Source: Perkinsus chesapeaki ATCC PRA-425 (lineage: Eukaryota > Protista > Perkinsozoa). From it: a DNA stretch of 37,653 nt. Under the pieces are notes generated by a model, which was not told where the DNA came from, ran no database searches, and saw only the letters and a program-made list of their open reading frames with translations. Where the stretch lies: NCBI GenBank assembly GCA_013115145.1, contig JAAPAO010000343.1, positions 1 to 37,653 of the forward strand, in the 5' to 3' direction. This document shows, one piece after another, positions 31,883 to 37,653 of this stretch (positions within the stretch are counted from its first letter, which is position 1; each line of letters opens with the position of its first letter). The position numbers and the translations under genes were made by a program.

Positions 31883-32096
31883 TATTAAGTTCATGGATTA
31901 TCATGTAGCATCGTTCAAGGTGTTAAAGGTCTAGATGTTTGGTTGGCAATCGGGGGGCTGATGGGGGTGGTGACTGCTAAAATTTCCCCAAAAAATTCGG
32001 GGCATTCTTCCACTGAAGTCCGTATTTTCTGCGGAAATTTCGATGTCGGAAATGTCAAATCATTCCGGTTAGCCTTTTACTGTTTCTTTGGTTCCT

Positions 32097-33926
32097 ATGT
32101 GCGGCATATGTTTCACCATCAACGGAGCAGCTGACGCAAGTTCGATCCCGGCATCCTTCACTTTTGAAGATCACTCGGCAGCCCAGCGCCTCCCGCCTAT
32201 CGAGGAGCTTCTCAGATGTCGGGGCCCAGACGATTTCGGGACATACGAGACTCACTTTGGCGATTTGACTTTGAAGTTTTCCGCGGCCGTTTTGCACATG
32301 CGCGGTGACGCCGGTGCCGTTCACCAGCCGTGCGAAAGTGAGGAGTACGTTTTCCTGTGGAACGGCGAACTATTCAACGACGAGTGTTTCGTCGAGTCGG
32401 GCAAGAGTGACACTTTAGAGGTATTTCGCCGGCTCAGGGGGTGCGAGGATGTGCCGGCGGTGTTGGATGGATTAAAGGGACCTTTCGCGTTCGTATTCTT
32501 CGACCGTGGTAAGGGTGAGCTTTGGTTCGGTAGGGATAGGTTCGGTCGGCGATCACTCCTGTTCACTAACGATCCTGCCAGAGGTCTGTCGGTGTGCTCT
32601 GTGGGCAGTACGAGTGCGGAATGTCAAGTGGCGGAGGTGCCGGCTAAGGGGACAATTTATCGTCTGGATTTGGGAAGCTTGAAAATCCGCGAAATTCCGT
32701 ATCCCAGCGGGGTCTGCTATCGGCAGGAATCCTTCTGGAGTTCGGAAGTTAATGGCACAGGGACAGCTGAGGAGTTCCTGGCAATTTTGCGGCGCGCGGT
32801 AAGTCGGCGCGTACGAATGTTGGACCATCCAGGGCCGATCGGGGTGTTGTTTTCCGGGGGAGTTGATTCGACGGCCCTTGCCGCTCTCGCCTTGGAGGAA
32901 TCTTCGCGTAATGTCGACCTGCTGACCGCAAGCGTTGACGGGAAAGACTCCCCGGACCTCCGAACTGCCCTGGTGAGCTACCGGAGCTTGGTCGAGGTCT
33001 ACGGCCACGAGCGGGTCCGATTGATTCTCTGTCCAATTGACGCCGCCGACAGGAAGACTTATGAGCGTGTGATGGGGTTGAGCAGCCCCAGAGTCACCCA
33101 TATGGATGTGAACATCTCGGTGGCATTATGGACGGCGGCAAGAGGGGAAGGAGCCGTAGTGGACCCAGCCGACTTGGGCTCCGAGGGCTTCAGGCAGTCA
33201 GTTCTTCAAGAGGAGAGCGAATCGTCGGCGGAATGCCGCGGTATGAAAGTTGCTGGGCGATCGGAGCCGACTCGGACTCTGTGCGCGGCTGGAGGGTGTT
33301 CCAGGATCGCCAAGGACAGCTGCGTTCGAGGCATGTGTAAGTTCTGTTGTCGTCGAGCGGCAGCGGTGGGAGACGTTCCGTATTGTCGGACACATAAGAC
33401 GGGCGTGGATACCCCCTCCGAGAGCCAGGAGGATCTGGACCTGCCCCGTATCCTCGAGGGCACTACCGACTGTCGCGCGGTGAAATCGGAATGCCGGGTG
33501 TTGCTTGTGGGCCACGGAGCGGACGAAGTCATGGGGGGATACGCGAGGTACCGCACGCGAGAGCTCAGAGACGGTCTGGCGGGGAGGCGGTCGGAGATGC
33601 TGAAGGATTTGGACAGACTGTGGGTGAGGAATTTAGGCCGAGATGATCGTGTGATGAGCGATCATGGCAGGGAGCCGAGGCACCCTTACCTGGACGAAGA
33701 GCTCCTCGCCTGGGTGGGTCGGCATCGGTTATGTGACAGTGATGTCGAGAGTAAGCCGTTGCTGAGGGAAGCAGTGAGGCTGATGGCCGGTGGCGCTTTG
33801 GCTGGCACCGCTAATTTCAGAAAAAGAGCAATTCAGTTCGGTACGCGGCTAGCGAAGGTCAATAATATAGCGCATTTCGGCAGCAATCGGCAGGGTGCCG
33901 GTGAGCGGAAGTTCAGTGACGTCTGA
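32097..33926 (+). CDS. ASNSD1: Asparagine synthetase domain-containing protein 1-like, with an inserted Cys/His zinc finger
   Basis: MCGI, RGPD, VLHMRG, LWNGE, GRDRFGRRSLL, LFSGGVDS, GHGADEVMGGY, RNLGRDDRV, RHPYLDE, KRAIQFGTR. Confidence 0.93.
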   Translation: MCGICFTINGAADASSIPASFTFEDHSAAQRLPPIEELLRCRGPDDFGTYETHFGDLTLKFSAAVLHMRGDAGAVHQPCESEEYVFLWNGELFNDECFVESGKSDTLEVFRRLRGCEDVPAVLDGLKGPFAFVFFDRGKGELWFGRDRFGRRSLLFTNDPARGLSVCSVGSTSAECQVAEVPAKGTIYRLDLGSLKIREIPYPSGVCYRQESFWSSEVNGTGTAEEFLAILRRAVSRRVRMLDHPGPIGVLFSGGVDSTALAALALEESSRNVDLLTASVDGKDSPDLRTALVSYRSLVEVYGHERVRLILCPIDAADRKTYERVMGLSSPRVTHMDVNISVALWTAARGEGAVVDPADLGSEGFRQSVLQEESESSAECRGMKVAGRSEPTRTLCAAGGCSRIAKDSCVRGMCKFCCRRAAAVGDVPYCRTHKTGVDTPSESQEDLDLPRILEGTTDCRAVKSECRVLLVGHGADEVMGGYARYRTRELRDGLAGRRSEMLKDLDRLWVRNLGRDDRVMSDHGREPRHPYLDEELLAWVGRHRLCDSDVESKPLLREAVRLMAGGALAGTANFRKRAIQFGTRLAKVNNIAHFGSNRQGAGERKFSDV

Positions 33927-34076
33927 GCTCCGGTTGTGATCCTGTGGTCAGTACAACTACTACGCGACTCGTTGCAGGGCTCTCCAAGGTGGGCGAATTG
34001 TCGGAACGTTTTCCTGTATTATCGTAAGCTCGAGTTGGTCAATGAATTGTTATACGGGTCTTCAGCGGTTGCTTCC

Positions 34077-34559
34077 ATGGATCCACAGGTGATCGAAAAG
34101 ATCACACAAGTGGAGGACAAAGCTGGGAAGTTGATGGTGAAAGAGGGCGACATCGCGGCGCTGCTGGCGGGGAACGGTGAAGACGAGATCGTCATGAGGC
34201 GTAAAATTGAAGTTAAGGAGAGGCACGTTGACGCGAAAAAGTGGGTGCATTTGCCCTGCACTGAAAAGCAACCGCAGAAGGATACCCTGGATACGAATTC
34301 CGGCCCTCGCGGAGGCTCGAATAAGCATTTGGGGTGGCTGGCTCGGAGGCATGGCGCGGCCCGGATGCCGGGCTACGGGGCAAAGCGAAGCTTCAAGGAC
34401 TCCGCTGAAGAATGCGCCTACCTTCGACGGGAGACGGCTCAGCTTCGGGAGGCTCTGAGTAGGCTGCGACTGCACAACGTATCTACGTGGAAGGACGGCG
34501 TTGAATTTGGGCGCCGAGGTTGGACGGCACCTTGGTACGATTACGGAGATACGAGATGA
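34077..34559 (+). CDS. Hypothetical protein (intronless, about 160 aa)
   Basis: The ATG is preceded by a pyrimidine-rich AG (TCTTCAG). The ORF is uninterrupted and has coiled-coil-like segments (ECAYLRRETAQLREALSRLRL). Confidence 0.55.
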   Translation: MDPQVIEKITQVEDKAGKLMVKEGDIAALLAGNGEDEIVMRRKIEVKERHVDAKKWVHLPCTEKQPQKDTLDTNSGPRGGSNKHLGWLARRHGAARMPGYGAKRSFKDSAEECAYLRRETAQLREALSRLRLHNVSTWKDGVEFGRRGWTAPWYDYGDTR

Positions 34560-34854
34560 TTCATTACGATGTTGATAAAGCTTTTTACATGTTATTGCTT
34601 TGAACGTATAACGAGTCTGGTTTTGTGTTGCCAGTTGTAGTGGTAGTGAGAATGGATGAGTTTGAAGGCTAAGGGCGCAATTCGGGTTGGCTAGATTGGC
34701 ACCGACGTGAGCCATTGGAGATGAAGTCTTCCACCGTTTGGGAACGCGCCTTGTCTGTTGCTGAAATGCCAAATATTGTTACTATGGACCCGCCGAGTGT
34801 ACTAGGTGACATCCGTATGAACTGAACTGCGTGCTTGAGTGGTTTTTATTATCT

Positions 34855-36841
34855 ATGTCGAGCCACGAGGCAGTAAGCGAGTCTGGGTTCTACGGTTGTT
34901 ATTTGCTGCAAAGTGAAGCCTCTCCTAGTGTTGGGTATATAGGCTTCACTGTGAATCCTCGGCGGAGGTAGGCCATCTGTAGAGATTCCGACGTCTTGCT
35001 CTCATATCACGATTCATACCCGCCAAACCGTACGTGCCAATCACAGCTGCGTGTCGACTATTTAGGACGTATTGTTAGAATAGGGGTATCTCTGTCAGGA
35101 TTCGGCAGCATAACGGCGAGTTGAATAATGGTGGGGCTCACAGAACAAAGCGCCATAGACCGTGGAAGATGTTGCTAGTGTGTTACGGCTTCAGCAGCCA
35201 AGTGCAGGTAATTTAATGCAAAAGTCGCTACCCGGATTTGAACCGGGGTTGTCACGGCCACAACGTGACGTCCTAACCACTAGACGATAGCGACTCTAAT
35301 ATTCTTCAAGGGACTTCGCATCCCGCAAGGTGCATCATCGACTTGCAGAAACCTCCTCATATAAAAGCAAATACGTCGCTTTTGTGGGGTGCCCGGTGGT
35401 GCGGGTAGCTTACCCGGGGTAAGGCGTACCTCTTCAGGCGTTGCAGTTCGAGTGGACGTGGCAGCACCCAAGATTATCACGGCTCACCAGAGAAGGTCTG
35501 GCCGATATAGGTAAGTGGGATGGCGGCTTATACGGTGTAAATGAACGAAGCTGTAGGCAATATTTTCCCCGCTGCCGAAGTGCTACATCTGGGAGCGGTC
35601 GGAACTCTCAATTCCGAATTAATAATTCGCTGACAGCTGGCGTCCTCGTGTTCAGGGAAAGGCCTGACGAAACGTGGACGGCAACGAACCAATAACGTCC
35701 ATGACAGCCTGGCTCTGGTGATCGGTATGCTCCACCTTCCGCCCTGGTCTCGGATGCCACTGGTCCTGAATATTCTAGAACCGAGCATAGCCGGCGTTGT
35801 CGAAAACAAAGTGACCGAATTCAGAAATGCTCGAGGTAAGAGGATTTGTGGTTCCAGAAAATATATTATCTTCACTAGGAGAGATCGCGTACAGCAGTTG
35901 TTTCCGGATAGAACATTCGCCAATAGAGGTGCTTCATCGAACCCACGTAGCGGGAGTGGCCGAAGTAAGCGATCGATATCAATTTATCGAGTACGACGAG
36001 ACTGTTTGAGTGTAATGAACACGTACGTTGCAATAAGTTGATATGGTCGCTTGGAGCGCACCCGGCAATGAGAAGACGGCCGTGTAAGTTACTGTGTAAC
36101 ATGTTCGGCTTTCAGTCGGTCGTTGAAGAAGCCGACACCAGCAACAACGCGTGTTGCGTGTGCGCACAGCAATTCCTATCGGGGATAACTAAGCGGGCAG
36201 TCTGCTTGTCCTGTCACAATTCGGCACATGTTACCTGCATTGCGTCTGTGGGCTGCTGTGATTCCGGCGGTGCCCCGATAGCCGACGCACAAGACCGGCT
36301 ACTGCCCGATTTCGTTAGTAAGTTGGGATTTCAGGATTGATGTGAATTCGGTGACGGCCTATTATGTGCTCCTGATCTATGCCATATATTCCCCTTCTTA
36401 GCATTAACACGAAATACTGTTTACCGTGCAATGTGCTGACAGCTTCTCTTCATCTCTGCCTTCTGCCGCAGTTAGTGGTTATCCCTTTGTGCTTTGTCAG
36501 AGTGCCCGATTTGCGACGATGTGTCAAAGTGGGGAGATCTTCTCAGAACCGTGGGTATCTACCAGAAGAAACCGGAGCTGCTAGGTAGCAGCGACGAGGA
36601 AGACGAAAACGAAGTGGATGAGAACGAGCTTAGTGATTCGTTAATAGATGTACGTACGGCAGCACAAAACTAGAATTTTAGTGAAGTACCCTACCCGGGG
36701 ATCGAACCCGGAATCTCCACCTTAGGAGGGTGGCGCCTTATCCATTGGGCCAGCAGGGCGATAAAATTATAGCTTTTGGCAACGGCTCGCTTGGCCGTTG
36801 ATTCATCGTCGTCTCAGATATCCATTGATGACGCCTTGTAA
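34855..36841 (+). CDS. SLX1: Structure-specific endonuclease subunit SLX1 (GIY-YIG + RING-like)
   Basis: Exons 34855-34967, 35099-35207 and 35438-35510 give FYGCYLL..YIGFTVNPRRRIRQHNG..GGAHRT..RPW...ALQFEWTWQHP. Later exons give LPPWSRMPL, CCVC..C.SC..SAHVTC and CPICDDVSKWGDLL. Putative last exon 36773-36841. Confidence 0.93.
35223..35294 (-). tRNA. tRNA-His(GTG), nested antisense in SLX1 intron 35208-35437
   Basis: GTCGCTA...TAGCGAC-T, anticodon arm TCACG-TTGTGGC-CGTGA, T arm CCCGG-TTCAAAT-CCGGG. Confidence 0.96.
36687..36759 (-). tRNA. tRNA-Arg(CCT), nested antisense in putative SLX1 intron 36650-36772
   Basis: GCCCTGC...GTAGGGT-A, anticodon arm CCACC-CTCCTAA-GGTGG, T-loop TTCGATC. Confidence 0.96.
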
Positions 36842-37442
36842 AGTAACGCTAAGTCCGAGTAGTTTTAATGCACTCCCAGTCAATTCAGTAACAAGAGTTT
36901 GTCACATTTTCCGTATGTCGTGTTCAATATACAGTTACCACCGAAGTCTTTGAATGGTATATGGTAGCATACTGCGAAATACTTATACGTTTTATTATAC
37001 AATCATTAGGCATACTGCCATACGGCCAGAACATAACGCCAATAAAGAGGAAACGAGCCACCTGAACCATCGTCTACCAAAACGGCCAGTGGGTAGCTAG
37101 GAAATACAAACCAAACCCACGCACTATGATGCCTTTTCCATCTCCATGCTTGCTCAAGTTGTCATGGGCTATCCGATAGCCGCTATCGTGATACTAAAAG
37201 GAAGTGAATAGGCGCATGATCCCTATGAGATTGAACCGCTCCATCACCGCTGGAATTTTCTAATCTGTTACATCAGTAGCAAAAGACCCGACTGCTAGTT
37301 AGTTACCAACAGTAGCTATACAGCAACTTAGACACTACATGCTGTAAACTACAACGCAGACAACTCGGTTCAACGGCCATGACTGCAGCCAGACTCCGTC
37401 TGACTGTCATGGGCACGCTACGGTTTTCTATTGTTGCAATGT

Positions 37443-37653
37443 TCAAGGGCCTTCCGACGCTACGTGAGTGATGAGGATTGAGATGGTCCAAATGTGACTG
37501 TAGTTTTTGCGAAGTATTTCATCAGGCTTTATTAAAGCCGCTTTAATGATGCCGTTGAATAGGGTCACTTCATTAGACACTGTGAAGGATTGTGTATTCT
37601 GTCCCCTTATAGATTCCTTATAGATTTGCTCCATAGCTCCTTTAGCTGTGTTA
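37443..37653 (-). CDS. Partial ORF open to the window edge, unknown product
   Basis: The frame has no stop from the right edge down to 37443. No motif recognised. Confidence 0.2.
   Translation of the reverse strand, partial: NTAKGAMEQIYKESIRGQNTQSFTVSNEVTLFNGIIKAALIKPDEILRKNYSHIWTISILITHVASEGP

Noticed and set aside
32062-32080. CCGGTTAGCCTTTT upstream of ASNSD1 as a relic spliced leader
   Set aside because: Only loose, gapped similarity to the 5' half, and the diagnostic GGCTCAAG end is absent.
34062-34772. 236-aa minus-strand ORF, and similar antisense ORFs over 29550-33926, 410-793 and 11031-11378
   Set aside because: Antisense shadows of GC-rich coding regions with no motifs.

Overview
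Eukaryotic, intron-rich, gene-dense protist DNA. Short GT-AG introns of about 40-50 nt, one GC-AG intron, and peroxisomal and flagellar-type genes suggest a Perkinsus-like alveolate, which is an inference. Most ORF-track entries are exon fragments or antisense shadows, so the gene models below were spliced by hand. Recognised genes: a gag-like retroelement fragment at the left edge, PEX5, SEC20, a FAR-like + DHAP-acyltransferase (GNPAT) fusion ending in PTS1 -SKM, a spliced AsnB-like amidotransferase with a signal-peptide-like leader, an EF-hand protein, a Dpy-30/EFCAB5-like gene, an intronless block (NCKX-type exchanger, folate-receptor-like GPI protein, ASNSD1, orphan) and SLX1. Non-coding features are four intact tRNAs, two related Tc1/mariner-type MITEs, a 49-bp palindrome and a 29-bp satellite at an N gap. 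Main discovery: all four intact tRNA genes (Ser-TGA, Glu-CTC, His-GTG, Arg-CCT) lie inside spliceosomal introns. In addition, three short introns and one site in a larger PEX5 intron carry tRNA 3' halves (B-box, acceptor strand, T-run), three of them sharing the consensus GGTTCGA(TC/AT)CCYAGG. Other notable points: the FAR domain of the fusion appears catalytically dead, and tRNA-His has a U73 discriminator.
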